Origin: Pseudomonadota bacterium | GTDB lineage: Bacteria; Campylobacterota; Campylobacteria; Campylobacterales; Sulfurimonadaceae | Direction of reading: 5' to 3' | Assembly (NCBI GenBank): GCA_043797085.1 | Contig: JAZDQA010000013.1 | Span: 192,001 to 256,000 of the forward strand | DNA length: 64,000 nucleotides | Shown: one piece after another, positions 1 to 11,706 of the stretch | How the letters are laid out: every line of letters starts with the position of its first letter | Numbering within the stretch: position 1 is the stretch's first letter | Translations under genes and position numbers: made by a program | The notes under the pieces: generated by a model | The model's database searches: none | The model's input: the letters and a program-made list of their open reading frames with translations, nothing else | Told to the model about the DNA's origin: nothing

Positions 1-511
1 CCGCTTTTCCACCCATACCGTCTGCTTGTAGACCATGACATGGTGCACATTGAACGATAAATACAGATTCACCCATCGCGTTAAGCGTAGCATTATCCAT
101 ATTTGCAAATTGCGCTTCGAATTTTACGTCGTGTGCTGCAACTTCTTCATTATATTCACCGATTTGTGAATACGCGTTGACTGGGTATCCTGCAAGAAAA
201 TACCAAATCGCCCAAATAACAGAACCAAGAAAGATAACCGCCCATCCAAAAGGAAGTTCGTTTTTATACTCTCCAATTCCATCCCAATTCTCATCTGCAA
301 GCTTACCAGTCGCAGTATCATTTTGCATTTGTCGCACATATTTAGTAACTACGAATGCTGTTATGATGACGAGAACAACCGCACCTAAAACAGCGAGTTT
401 ATTAACCCAGTCACCCTCACCACCCATACCGCCGGCAGCGCCAACAGCTACGTATGTGAAACCAAGCATCGCAATTACAACTATGATAGCAGCTAAAACT
501 GTCTTATTCAT
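1..511 (-). CDS. ccoP: cbb3-type cytochrome c oxidase subunit III (partial, runs off the window start)
   Basis: Manual translation from ATG at 511 (GGAGG-like RBS): MNKTVLAAIIVVIAMLGF...WDGIGEYKNELPFGW...FIVQCAPCHG. Has the CcoP WDGI-E-N-P motif and a CxxCH heme site; follows ccoQ. Not in the ORF track. Confidence 0.93.
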   Translation of the reverse strand, partial: MNKTVLAAIIVVIAMLGFTYVAVGAAGGMGGEGDWVNKLAVLGAVVLVIITAFVVTKYVRQMQNDTATGKLADENWDGIGEYKNELPFGWAVIFLGSVIWAIWYFLAGYPVNAYSQIGEYNEEVAAHDVKFEAQFANMDNATLNAMGESVFIVQCAPCHGLQADGMGGKA

Positions 512-520
512 GTATGCCTC

Positions 521-727
521 CTACTTTTTTATCTCATCGTTTTTTGAGATCTCCTCGATCGGTTGATCGGTGATATCATCATGGAGCGCGATATTGCCAT
601 ATTTCTCATAATCGCGTGTCCCTTTTCTCTGTGAGCTGTACAAATGATAAATATACGCATACAACACTACCACCAAGAAGGCGGTAAAGAAAAAATATCC
701 ATACGCTTGAAATGTAGCAATATCCAC
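521..727 (-). CDS. ccoQ: cbb3-type oxidase subunit IV
   Basis: Small single-TM protein with RDYEKYGNIALHD, between ccoO and ccoP. Confidence 0.9.
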   Translation of the reverse strand: MDIATFQAYGYFFFTAFLVVVLYAYIYHLYSSQRKGTRDYEKYGNIALHDDITDQPIEEISKNDEIKK

Positions 728-739
728 GTCAATTTCCTT

Positions 740-1432
740 TTATTTCAAACTGTTAAGGTACGCAATAATTGCAACGATTTCAGGAATAGTACCTGCGGCA
801 ACTGCATCTTTAACATCTTGATCTTTCATATCCGCTGCAATCACTTTTGCTTCTTCAAGAGCTGATGCACGAGCACCTTCAACTGTATCGGCTAATGCAA
901 CCGTTGCTTTTGAACCGTCTGCCATTGGAATCTCTGCATTGTAAGGAACAGCAAACGCTTTCATTACTGTCAATTGCTCAGCATACGCTGTATCAACATC
1001 TGCAGTGTTTTTAAACATCCATCTATAAGCTGGCATGATAGAACCAGGAACAACTCCTGCAGGATCTTTCATGTGGTTTTCGTGCCAATCTGTTGTACGG
1101 TAGTTACCTACACGCATCAAGTCAGGACCAGTACGTTTTGAACCCCAAAGGAACGGACGATCGTATGCATATTCACCGCTCAAAGAGTAGTGACCATAAC
1201 GATCCGTTTCAGATTTAAATGGACGGATCAACTGTGAGTGACATGCATTACAACTGTTTTTGATGTAAACATGACGACCAGCAAGCTCAAGCGTCGTATA
1301 AGGCTTCGTACCGATAACCGGACGAGATGCCTGTGCAAAGTTTGGCAGGATCTCAATAAGACCTGCAAAGGCAATAACAACAAAGACAGCAACCGCAAAA
1401 AAGAACGGGTTTTTCTCTAACCAGTGAAACAT
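740..1432 (-). CDS. ccoO: cbb3-type oxidase subunit II
   Basis: CNACHSQLIRP heme motif; WGSKRTGPDL. Confidence 0.97.
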   Translation of the reverse strand: MFHWLEKNPFFFAVAVFVVIAFAGLIEILPNFAQASRPVIGTKPYTTLELAGRHVYIKNSCNACHSQLIRPFKSETDRYGHYSLSGEYAYDRPFLWGSKRTGPDLMRVGNYRTTDWHENHMKDPAGVVPGSIMPAYRWMFKNTADVDTAYAEQLTVMKAFAVPYNAEIPMADGSKATVALADTVEGARASALEEAKVIAADMKDQDVKDAVAAGTIPEIVAIIAYLNSLK

Positions 1433-1446
1433 TTTCCCCTCCTTAA

Positions 1447-2928
1447 TTATGCGCCCATTGGCGATGCGTTTTGAAGTTCACTCTCTTCTACGCGACGAGA
1501 GCTTGTCATTGTTTTGTACATATTGTACGCGAACAAGAACATACCCACTAGATATAATGTACCACCAACCGCACGGATTGTAAAATATGGATGCAATACA
1601 GCAACTGTATCGATGAATGAGTAAGCAAGGTTACCGAATTCATCATGTGCACGCCACATCATACCTTGAGTAATACCAGCAATCCACATAGATGTGAAGT
1701 ACAAGATAACCCCAAGAGTCTGAATCCAGAATTGTGTATTCATCAACGATTTAGAATAAATCTCACGTTTAAATACACGTGGAGCCATATGGAAAAGTGC
1801 TGCCATAATCATGAATGCAACCCAACCAAGAACACCATCATGAACGTGACCAACGATCCAGTCTGTAAAGTGAGCCAAAGCATTAACTGATTTGATCGCT
1901 TGAATAGGACCTTCAAGAGTAGAGAACATATAGAATGTTGATGCAAGAATCATGAATTTAATCAATGGACTTGCAGCAACTTGTTGCCATTCACCCTTCA
2001 TTGTAAGAAGCATGTTGATCGCAGAACCCCATGATGGGAGGATCAAAACAACAGAGAATACAGAACCCATTGTTTGCATCCAGTCAGGAACAGTCGAGAA
2101 CAACAAGTGGTGTCCGCCAGCCCAAAGGTATACAAACATCAAGCCCCAAAATGCAAGAAGAGACAATTTATATGAATAAACCGCTTGACCTGATTCTTTT
2201 GGAAGGAAGTAGTAGATCATCGCTACGATAGGTACTGTGAAACCAAACGCAACCGCGTTATGTCCATACCACCATTGCACCAACGCATCATTAGTACCTG
2301 AGTACATTGAAACTGAGTGATACCATGCACCAACACCGCCTGAAGCGAAATACGTTGGGATAGCCATATTGTTAAAGAGATACAACATAGCGATACCAAG
2401 GAAGGTAGCAATGTAATACCAAATAGAGATATAGAGTGATTTTTCACGGCGAATACCGATCAAACCAAAAAGACCCATACCCCAAATAACCCATACAACA
2501 ACGACAGCGATGTCAATAGGCCATTCAAATTCAGCATATTCTTTAGACGTAGTGATTCCCAATAAAAGTGAACCAACAACCGCCACAACTACTAATAAAT
2601 AAAGTGCAAAGTGCAGTTTCCCAAGGAACATCAAAAATTTTGACTCCGCCATAGAAACTTTCAATACACGCTGACCTATATAGTACCACGTAGCAAAAAT
2701 ACCACTAAGGGTAAATCCAAAAATGACTGCATCGGTGTGCAACGGACGAAGACGGCTAAAGTTTGTGTACTCTGCCAATCCTTCACCTGCAATGGTATTA
2801 ACAGCAGGGAAAGCCATTTCCCACGCCAAAATTACGCCGACAAGCATCCCGACAATACCGAGAACAACAGTTGTAAGCATAAACCACTTTGCAACCGTGT
2901 AATCATACTCCAATGGACGATTCTCCAT
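1447..2928 (-). CDS. ccoN: cbb3-type oxidase subunit I
   Basis: RLRPLHT, WWYGHNA, WAGGHH, GHVH: all canonical heme and CuB ligands present. Confidence 0.98.
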   Translation of the reverse strand: MENRPLEYDYTVAKWFMLTTVVLGIVGMLVGVILAWEMAFPAVNTIAGEGLAEYTNFSRLRPLHTDAVIFGFTLSGIFATWYYIGQRVLKVSMAESKFLMFLGKLHFALYLLVVVAVVGSLLLGITTSKEYAEFEWPIDIAVVVVWVIWGMGLFGLIGIRREKSLYISIWYYIATFLGIAMLYLFNNMAIPTYFASGGVGAWYHSVSMYSGTNDALVQWWYGHNAVAFGFTVPIVAMIYYFLPKESGQAVYSYKLSLLAFWGLMFVYLWAGGHHLLFSTVPDWMQTMGSVFSVVLILPSWGSAINMLLTMKGEWQQVAASPLIKFMILASTFYMFSTLEGPIQAIKSVNALAHFTDWIVGHVHDGVLGWVAFMIMAALFHMAPRVFKREIYSKSLMNTQFWIQTLGVILYFTSMWIAGITQGMMWRAHDEFGNLAYSFIDTVAVLHPYFTIRAVGGTLYLVGMFLFAYNMYKTMTSSRRVEESELQNASPMGA

Positions 2929-2964
2929 TTACGACCTCCTTAAAGATTCAAAGCATAAGAGCCT

Positions 2965-2986
2965 ATTTGTGTTTCTTAACACAAAT
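2965..2986. promoter_or_regulatory. Palindrome upstream of ccoN (possible operator or leader hairpin)
   Basis: ATTTGTGTT-TCTT-AACACAAAT, a perfect 9-bp inverted repeat about 40-60 nt upstream of the ccoN start. Confidence 0.4.
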
Positions 2987-3139
2987 GTAACATTTCTAGG
3001 CTATTAAACACTCTAATGATAGCCATGGGTTCTTTTAATAAATCTTAAATAATTAAATATTTTGCTTGTTTGTCGAACTTAGTGATAAATTTAAGATTTT
3101 CAAAAGAATTAAGGGAAGAAAGGTAACACTCGTAGAAGT

Positions 3140-3168
3140 CGCAAAGTGGAGATTCCTCTCCTCTTGCG
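3140..3168. terminator. Hairpin downstream of carA
   Basis: CGCAAAGTGGAGA-TTCC-TCTCCTCTTGCG imperfect stem-loop just after the carA stop. Confidence 0.45.
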
Positions 3169-3182
3169 TTTTATTCGTCGTA

Positions 3183-4310
3183 TTAACGTGCGATTAAATT
3201 TAAAAATTCGGAAAAAATATAACGACTCTCTTTTGGTCCCGGACTTGCTTCAGGGTGATGTTGAACCGAGAACACATGACCGCTGTTGTATCGTAGTCCT
3301 TCGATGGTATTGTCGAAAAGATTGATATGGGTGACGGCAGCAATCTCACGTACTGATTCAGGAACATTGTAATTATGGTTTTGAGCCGTAATCTCAACCA
3401 TTCCGGTTGTCACATTTTTGACCGGATGATTTCCGCCGTGGTGCCCGAATTTAAGCTTATGCGTATCGTATCCATGAGCGATACTCAACAGCTGATGTCC
3501 CAAACAAATACCAAACAAAGGGATACGTCGAGCAATCAGCTTTTTGATTTCGTCTTGTTCATGCGTAAGAACCAAAGGATCTCCCGGACCGTTCGAGAGG
3601 AAAACACCGTCAATTTCTTTGGCATCGTATCGTGCAATCAAATCATCTCCGCTAAAAGTATTTGGCAATACTTCAACTTCCAGTCCCGCCTGCGTCAATT
3701 CATTAAGGATATTTCGTTTAACTCCAAAATCGATTGCGGCGATACGTGCTTTTGGAGCAGGCGCATCGTTATAACGAAAACTAAACGGATCATATACTCC
3801 ATTGGTATGCTTGTAAGCTACTTTTGTGCTCACTTCTTCGATGTAATTCACCTCTTCTATGCGAGGAGCTGCTTCAAGAAGAGTTTTTAGCTCTTCTTTG
3901 TCGCTTACTTGCGTTGAAGCAATCATCATCATAGCACCCTGCGTGCGAAGCATTTTGGTTAAAAAACGAGTATCGATATCACAAATACCGATAACTCCAT
4001 GTTTTTCTAAAAAAGTATGTAATGCTTCTTGTGCACGGAATGAGGAGTATTGACTTTGATACTGACGGACAATTACCCCTTTACAATGTGCTGCACAACT
4101 TTCCATATCCTCTTCATTTACACCAACGTTTCCGATTTCCGGCATAGTGAACGTGATAAATTGCCCTGCATACGAAGGATCAGAAATAATCTCTTGATAT
4201 CCTGTCAATGAAGTGTTAAAAACGATTTCACCAACACTTGTAGTATCGGCACCAAAACTTTTTGCTTGCAAATAAGTACCATTTTCGAGATAAATCCATA
4301 CGTCACGCAT
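3183..4310 (-). CDS. carA: Carbamoyl-phosphate synthase small subunit
   Basis: GEIVFNTSLTGYQE, SNGPGDP, GICLGHQ, QHHPEASPGP. Confidence 0.98.
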   Translation of the reverse strand: MRDVWIYLENGTYLQAKSFGADTTSVGEIVFNTSLTGYQEIISDPSYAGQFITFTMPEIGNVGVNEEDMESCAAHCKGVIVRQYQSQYSSFRAQEALHTFLEKHGVIGICDIDTRFLTKMLRTQGAMMMIASTQVSDKEELKTLLEAAPRIEEVNYIEEVSTKVAYKHTNGVYDPFSFRYNDAPAPKARIAAIDFGVKRNILNELTQAGLEVEVLPNTFSGDDLIARYDAKEIDGVFLSNGPGDPLVLTHEQDEIKKLIARRIPLFGICLGHQLLSIAHGYDTHKLKFGHHGGNHPVKNVTTGMVEITAQNHNYNVPESVREIAAVTHINLFDNTIEGLRYNSGHVFSVQHHPEASPGPKESRYIFSEFLNLIAR

Positions 4311-4861
4311 CACGCCATCCCCCGTCTTGCTATTTCATCTTTGTAGAGTTTTTCGTACAGTATTTCATATTCGTCTGTTCCCGGAATCATACGGCGCTTA
4401 TATGTTTTGATTTTTTCATAGACAGCGTTTTCGATTTCACTGGTATCGGCAATAAACGTTGTTATTGCATCATAAATTATATTTTTGATGCGGTTTTCAC
4501 TGACATCGTAATGAATCAAATCTTCTTCGTACAATGCATCCAAAATTTTATGTGCAATATCTGAATAACGGTCTTCATACGACAAAATAACTCCAAACTC
4601 AGGTGCTAATTTTTTCTTAATCATAAAAAATAGTTGTCGCTCATCGGCTAAATAAAAATCAATCTGCTCCTCATTGGCATTGACGATTTCTTTAACTTTT
4701 TCTTCCAGCGCCATTTCACGCTTAACGCTCTCAATCAATATTTTTTCAGCTTCATGCGCCGTTGCTTCCAAGCCATGAGTCATCGTAACCAATCCGCTGC
4801 GGTTAAGTTCTACGGCAATGCGACTCGAAATATGAGGTAAATGTGAGAGTGAAACTTTCAT
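4310..4861 (-). CDS. DUF507-family protein
   Basis: Typical epsilonproteobacterial protein upstream of carA; C-terminal IPGTDEYEILYEKLY. Confidence 0.8.
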   Translation of the reverse strand: MKVSLSHLPHISSRIAVELNRSGLVTMTHGLEATAHEAEKILIESVKREMALEEKVKEIVNANEEQIDFYLADERQLFFMIKKKLAPEFGVILSYEDRYSDIAHKILDALYEEDLIHYDVSENRIKNIIYDAITTFIADTSEIENAVYEKIKTYKRRMIPGTDEYEILYEKLYKDEIARRGMA

Positions 4862-4916
4862 GAGTAGCCCTAGTGTACTTTTTTGTTATTGTACTTTAGA
4901 TGACCTCTAAAATGGC

Positions 4917-5597
4917 TTAGAAAGCTTTTTTGTAATGCCTTAATGTAAAAAATGCAACTGCGCCACCTAAAATCAAGCCTCCCAGTACATCCAAAAATAC
5001 ATGTTGTTTAATTGCCATTGTAGAGTACACTATTCCTAAACACCATAGAGCATTTAACCCGATAATAATTTTTGTTCCCCGCATCTGCTTTAAATGCAAA
5101 TGAAGCCAAAAAAAGGAAAAAAAAGCTGTTGCAACGTGCAAAGAAGGAAAGGCATTCCCCCCCATATCTACTGATTTTAATAATTCCATGTTAGATGATG
5201 CAGCCCAATCACTACAGTTTTGCGGAATAACGGTTGGAAAAAAAATGTAAAAAAGTATTCCTATTATCGAAACCGCTCCAACGTATACACCATATTGGAA
5301 TAGCTCTTTTTTACTCTTTATAAGTGCTGGAGGCAGTGATACATACACCCATAATGAGAGATAAAAATAGAGATAAAAATCATTAAAAGAAATCCATTTA
5401 TCAATAAATACTAATGGAATTTGTGTCACTGTATAAAAATGATGCGTTAAAAGATAAAAGTAGAGAGCAAAAAAAAGAGCAATAAAACTCATCGTTCCTA
5501 CGGCTTTTAAACACCAATGCGCCCATAATCTGCAAGCTAAATTTTTAATGAACGAAGGACCGTCTTTTTGATAATCAGCAGTACCGCAAATATTCAC
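4917..5597 (-). CDS. PAP2-superfamily membrane protein (IPC-synthase/PAP2_3-like)
   Basis: About 6 TM segments; NAFPSLHVA and STMAIKQHVFLD motifs; GTG start. Confidence 0.75.
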   Translation of the reverse strand: MNICGTADYQKDGPSFIKNLACRLWAHWCLKAVGTMSFIALFFALYFYLLTHHFYTVTQIPLVFIDKWISFNDFYLYFYLSLWVYVSLPPALIKSKKELFQYGVYVGAVSIIGILFYIFFPTVIPQNCSDWAASSNMELLKSVDMGGNAFPSLHVATAFFSFFWLHLHLKQMRGTKIIIGLNALWCLGIVYSTMAIKQHVFLDVLGGLILGGAVAFFTLRHYKKAF

Positions 5598-5610
5598 ACG
5601 AGTTCTTTGC

Positions 5611-6135
5611 TTATTTTGATGGAACAGGTGGCATACGACGTAATGCGGCAGTCACTTCTGACGCTTTTTTAGGATCCATTTTTCCTAAAATTTGCCCCAC
5701 TACTTTCGAATTCAACGTACTCATAATCTCTGCAACTTCATTTGCTCCCATTTGAGAAAGAATCCCCGATGCTGCTCCCGGCTTCATTTTTGCAAATGTT
5801 TGAGAAACTTTGTCACTTTTGAGCTGTTTCATCTCATCTAAAATCTTTTTATTCTCATCAACCATTTTTTTCATGGAAGCTTCTCGTGTTTTTATTTCAG
5901 CGAGCTTTTGATCTACCGCAGACCCTTTCCCCTGAACCATTGCCTCTTTTTTCTTTAATAAATCTTCCGTAGCACGCTTAAGTGCATCGAGCGATTGCTT
6001 TTGTTCATCAATCTTTCCAAGCTCGATTAATAATTCATTTTTTCGAGATTCAAATATTTTTGTACATTCATACGATTTATTTTGTGCTCCCAGAACGACA
6101 CCAAATGACAGAAATAATATAAGTAGTATTTTCAT
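5611..6135 (-). CDS. Periplasmic MotE/MgtE-N-like flagellum-associated protein
   Basis: Signal peptide, coiled coil, repeated M-x-P-x-x-A-x-x-IL helices; downstream of fliJ. Confidence 0.75.
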   Translation of the reverse strand: MKILLILFLSFGVVLGAQNKSYECTKIFESRKNELLIELGKIDEQKQSLDALKRATEDLLKKKEAMVQGKGSAVDQKLAEIKTREASMKKMVDENKKILDEMKQLKSDKVSQTFAKMKPGAASGILSQMGANEVAEIMSTLNSKVVGQILGKMDPKKASEVTAALRRMPPVPSK

Positions 6136-6551
6136 AAAGGCTCTCTTTTGTGGGTCATAACCCCAATTTCATCAAGCATTTTAGCCTCTTCTTTTTTAAT
6201 TTTTGCAGTGTGCGCTTGCGTCTCTTGCAATTCGAGGTATTTAAACTTTTCATACTCCATCATTGCAGCTTTAAAATGCTGTTGCATCTGATACAAATAT
6301 TGTTGCGCTTTAACTAGATTATGAGCACACTGCTCTATCTCATAATGTTGGGCTTGAATGAGTATTTGTGATTGGGTAAATTCACTAACCGTACCGCTAG
6401 TGGGAAGACCCAGAGATTGAAGAAGAACGTATGCATTATCAAGAGCAATTGAAGCAAGTGATAACAGGCTGTTTGCCCTGACAAGATCACGCTCTGCACG
6501 ATCAAGCTCTTTTTTTTTGAGCTTGACCAGAGGAGTGTATTTTGATTTCAC
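6132..6551 (-). CDS. fliJ: Flagellar export protein FliJ
   Basis: Coiled coil with EYEKFKYL...KKEEAKMLDE, typical of Campylobacterota FliJ. Confidence 0.8.
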   Translation of the reverse strand: MKSKYTPLVKLKKKELDRAERDLVRANSLLSLASIALDNAYVLLQSLGLPTSGTVSEFTQSQILIQAQHYEIEQCAHNLVKAQQYLYQMQQHFKAAMMEYEKFKYLELQETQAHTAKIKKEEAKMLDEIGVMTHKREPL

Positions 6552-7585
6552 GTCTCTTGCCCCTCTTCAATTTCACTTTCATCCCCACTCAAAACATACA
6601 AGGAATAAAGCTCATTAAGCTTTTCTTGTAAGACTTTTTTCGGTATAAGTTTTGTTTCATACTCTGCAATAACAGTTGGGCTTAGTGCTCTATTTAGAGC
6701 AAATTTTACAATTTCATCATCTTTTTTTCGACAAAGTAAAACACCGATACTTGGATTTTCGTACTCTTTTTTAACTTGCTTATCGAGCACTTCAAGATAA
6801 AATTCAAGTTGTCCTAAATAGGATGGTTTGAAATTATCAATCTTTAATTCAAATACTACCATGCACTGTAAAGAACGATGGAAAAAAAGCAAATCAATAC
6901 TAAAATCTGTATCACCTACTTGCAATTTGTACTCTTGCCCCATAAAACAAAAATCTTTACCAATTTCGAGTATAAAATCTTTTAGTGAATTAATAAGTGC
7001 TTTTTGTAAATCACGCTCACTATGGTTTTGAGAAAGTCCCAAAAACTCTAGTGCATAACTATCTCTAAAAATATTTTGTGTATCTCTTGGAAATTCTCTC
7101 ACCATTGGTGAGAGTTTTTGATTGGCGAGCTGCGTTCTCTCGTATACTCCGCTACTTATCTGCCGCTCAAGTTCTCTTTTTGAATATCTTTCTTGGATAG
7201 AGAGATTGAGATAAAATTCTCTCTCATTATCTGATTTTGAAGCTGAAATAATCAGGAGATTATTAGTCCACGATATTTGTGTCACCAGTGGTGTCAGTTT
7301 TTCATTATCCTTATACGTTTCATAAAACTGTTTCATACGCCATAAATTTCGTTCGGTAAAACCTTGTAAATTTGGCTCTTTATTTTCAATAAATTGTGCC
7401 AATTCTTTTACAATACCTTTACCCCAATTTTCTTTGAGAGTTTTAGCGCAAATATACTCCCCGATATTCCAGTAAAGTTCTATCAGTACGCTATTGACTT
7501 GATTAAAAGCTTTTTGTTTTGATAGTGTGATGAGAGACAATATTTCAGTGAAATTTGTACTATTTTCATTTTTTTGTAAGCTCAT
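6548..7585 (-). CDS. YhcG/DUF1016 PD-(D/E)xK nuclease-family protein
   Basis: LYWNIG, GFTERNLWRMKQFY, ISWT, IDLLFFHR...VFELK...GQLEFY, ENPSIGVLLC. Confidence 0.92.
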   Translation of the reverse strand: MSLQKNENSTNFTEILSLITLSKQKAFNQVNSVLIELYWNIGEYICAKTLKENWGKGIVKELAQFIENKEPNLQGFTERNLWRMKQFYETYKDNEKLTPLVTQISWTNNLLIISASKSDNEREFYLNLSIQERYSKRELERQISSGVYERTQLANQKLSPMVREFPRDTQNIFRDSYALEFLGLSQNHSERDLQKALINSLKDFILEIGKDFCFMGQEYKLQVGDTDFSIDLLFFHRSLQCMVVFELKIDNFKPSYLGQLEFYLEVLDKQVKKEYENPSIGVLLCRKKDDEIVKFALNRALSPTVIAEYETKLIPKKVLQEKLNELYSLYVLSGDESEIEEGQET

Positions 7586-7764
7586 TATTTTCCCTCCACA
7601 ATCCTTTTCTCACTCCAAAGCTCCAACTGGGGAGCATATACTGTCAATCTGCATTTCCAACGAGGAAAAAGGGTGTAAATCTTGGTTTAAATATCTTGTT
7701 CATCATCATGGTTATTTCATTCACTCTATTGATTCTTTAATCTTAGAATTTAATTATATGGATT

Positions 7765-8265
7765 TTAATCCCTTTTAGTCCCTGATTTTCCAGGAAATTC
7801 TTTAAACATATCTTGAAGCATATCATCAAAAACCTCAAAAACACTATCCTTATCACCTTCTTCGCTGACTGTTTCTGATTGATAAATCATATCCTTATTT
7901 TTGTCATACATTTTAATATTTATAGTTTTTCTTGTTATAGCATAAGTGCTAGGTGTTCCAAGAAAAAATGAACGATTTATTCCAGTTGCATCACCAAGCA
8001 GTCCATATTGTAAATGAACAAACAAATCAGGATTATTTTTATCCTCAACAAATTGCTTTGTTTCGAGCTTTTTCTTTAATTTCTCCATGAAAAATGAATA
8101 CTCTAAATCTTTTTTAGGATCAGTGCTATTATCAAAAGCAAAAGTAATTTTTTGATTGATTGGTAATTTATGAAAAACAATTGTTTCATAATCAGACGAT
8201 ACACATTCAGACACTAAAACAAAAAACAATATAAAAACAAAGTAGAGTCTTTTTTTCTTCATCAA
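7765..8265 (-). CDS. DUF4136-like exported/lipoprotein
   Basis: N-terminal signal ending VSEC; NPDLFVHLQY and TINIKMYD...IYQSET pattern; AT-rich. Confidence 0.55.
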   Translation of the reverse strand: MMKKKRLYFVFILFFVLVSECVSSDYETIVFHKLPINQKITFAFDNSTDPKKDLEYSFFMEKLKKKLETKQFVEDKNNPDLFVHLQYGLLGDATGINRSFFLGTPSTYAITRKTINIKMYDKNKDMIYQSETVSEEGDKDSVFEVFDDMLQDMFKEFPGKSGTKRD

Positions 8266-8337
8266 ATCAACCTTTATTTATCTATGTTAAAAGATGATAA
8301 TAGTTTGTTGCTTCAAAGGGAATAAAAGAGGAATAGA

Positions 8338-8366
8338 TGGATTCCGTGTCGTAGCACGGAATGATA
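8338..8366 (-). repeat. REP-like palindromic repeat (copy 1)
   Basis: Reverse complement TATCATTCCGTGCTACGACACGGAATCCA; 27/29 identical to 39343-39371. Confidence 0.8.
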
Positions 8367-8380
8367 AAAAAATGGAGCAA

Positions 8381-10485
<2,105 letters not shown>

Positions 10486-10487
10486 CG

Positions 10488-11591
10488 TTACAGCCCAAAG
10501 TAAATGGTATTAAAGATACGATTTGCTGTCCCGTCAAAGGTTCTTCGACCCATTTTATCCAGTGCCAACTCCACCGCATTTGCTGCCCAACACGCTTCAT
10601 ACGGAGAAATAAGCCCCATGTGGTTGATACGGAAAATCGAATCTTTAATGTGATCTTGCCCACCTGCGACATTCACATCAAATGCTTTGAGGGTTGAGCG
10701 AATTTTCTTCGCTTCCGCATCCCCTACCGTCGTCATCGAGTCTGCCGGATTAGTCGGATAAATAGAAAGACCGATTGCCTTCATCGCTTCGCGAGTGGCT
10801 CGTGCACGCAATGCCGTATCCGCGTACAACTTATCGAATCCACCCTCAGCTTTGATACGATTCAAAACAGACTCTAGCCCGATCGTGATCGTCGTTGCCG
10901 CCGTCCATGCTGTCGTATTTTTGCGCTGATTTTTGATCTCGGTTGCAAGGTTAAAATAATACCCTTTGCCACTTCCGATTTTTTCAATCGCTGCATTGGA
11001 AAGACCCATAATAGCAAGCCCAGGAGGGAGCATCAATGCTTTTTGGCTTCCTGAAATCAAACAGTCGATATTCGTTACGTCGATTTTCTCAACGCCCACT
11101 GCCGTAATACCGTCAGCAATGACCATCATAGCAGAATTGTGCGCTTTTACTGCACGTGCAATGGCTTCAACGCTGTGACGAAGTCCGCCTGCGGATTCAC
11201 AAATTTGAATCGCGATTGCATCAATATCAGGATTTTCATTAAGTGCGGTCATTACCTCTTCTACGGTTGCAGGAGTGTCCCATTCGTGTTTAATCTCGAC
11301 ATTTGCAATACCATGAGCCTGTGCAATTTTACCAAAACGCTCACCGAATTTTCCCGAATTAATAGAGAGGAGTTTGGAATGAGCAAGATTAATAACCGCC
11401 CCCTCCATCGCACCTGTACCGGAAGAGGCAAGCATCAACACTTCGTCCATTCCAAGTAATTCAAACAACAATGTGCGCGTTCGCTCAAAAATCGCTTCAA
11501 ACTCCGGCGTACGGTGATGAATAGTTTCACCTGCCATCGCGACACGGACAGATTCGGGTACTGGGGTAGGTCCTGGAGTAAAGAGGAGCAT
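10488..11591 (-). CDS. Class V PLP-dependent aminotransferase (serine-pyruvate/alanine-glyoxylate family)
   Basis: MLLFTPGPTP, SGTGAME, GSQKALMLPPG; start reassigned to ATG at 11591 (AAGGA RBS). Confidence 0.92.
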   Translation of the reverse strand: MLLFTPGPTPVPESVRVAMAGETIHHRTPEFEAIFERTRTLLFELLGMDEVLMLASSGTGAMEGAVINLAHSKLLSINSGKFGERFGKIAQAHGIANVEIKHEWDTPATVEEVMTALNENPDIDAIAIQICESAGGLRHSVEAIARAVKAHNSAMMVIADGITAVGVEKIDVTNIDCLISGSQKALMLPPGLAIMGLSNAAIEKIGSGKGYYFNLATEIKNQRKNTTAWTAATTITIGLESVLNRIKAEGGFDKLYADTALRARATREAMKAIGLSIYPTNPADSMTTVGDAEAKKIRSTLKAFDVNVAGGQDHIKDSIFRINHMGLISPYEACWAANAVELALDKMGRRTFDGTANRIFNTIYFGL

Positions 11592-11640
11592 GTTTTTCCT
11601 TGAATGTTTATAGAGTATATTATTAATACCAAATGTGCGA

Positions 11641-11681
11641 ATTATAGCCAAGAGGAAGTTAGGGGAGGTTTAAGCTATAAT
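11641..11681. promoter_or_regulatory. Divergent sigma70 -10 boxes (aminotransferase / uppP)
   Basis: Minus-strand TATAAT at 11641-11646; plus-strand TTTAAGCTATAAT ending at 11681. Confidence 0.55.
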
Positions 11682-11706
11682 AACGTTAAAAAAAAAAGGG
11701 TCTTGT

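Noticed and set aside
3040..3099. 11-bp inverted repeat AAATCTTAAAT/ATTTAAGATTT upstream of ccoN
   Set aside because: Almost pure A/T in an AT-rich promoter region with a long spacer; likely chance or ordinary promoter elements.
6510..6518. 9-nt homopolymer in fliJ (also A10 at 11688-11697) as phase-variation tracts
   Set aside because: A/T runs are common in this AT-rich genome, the frames are intact, and I saw no long poly-G/C tracts in the GT genes.
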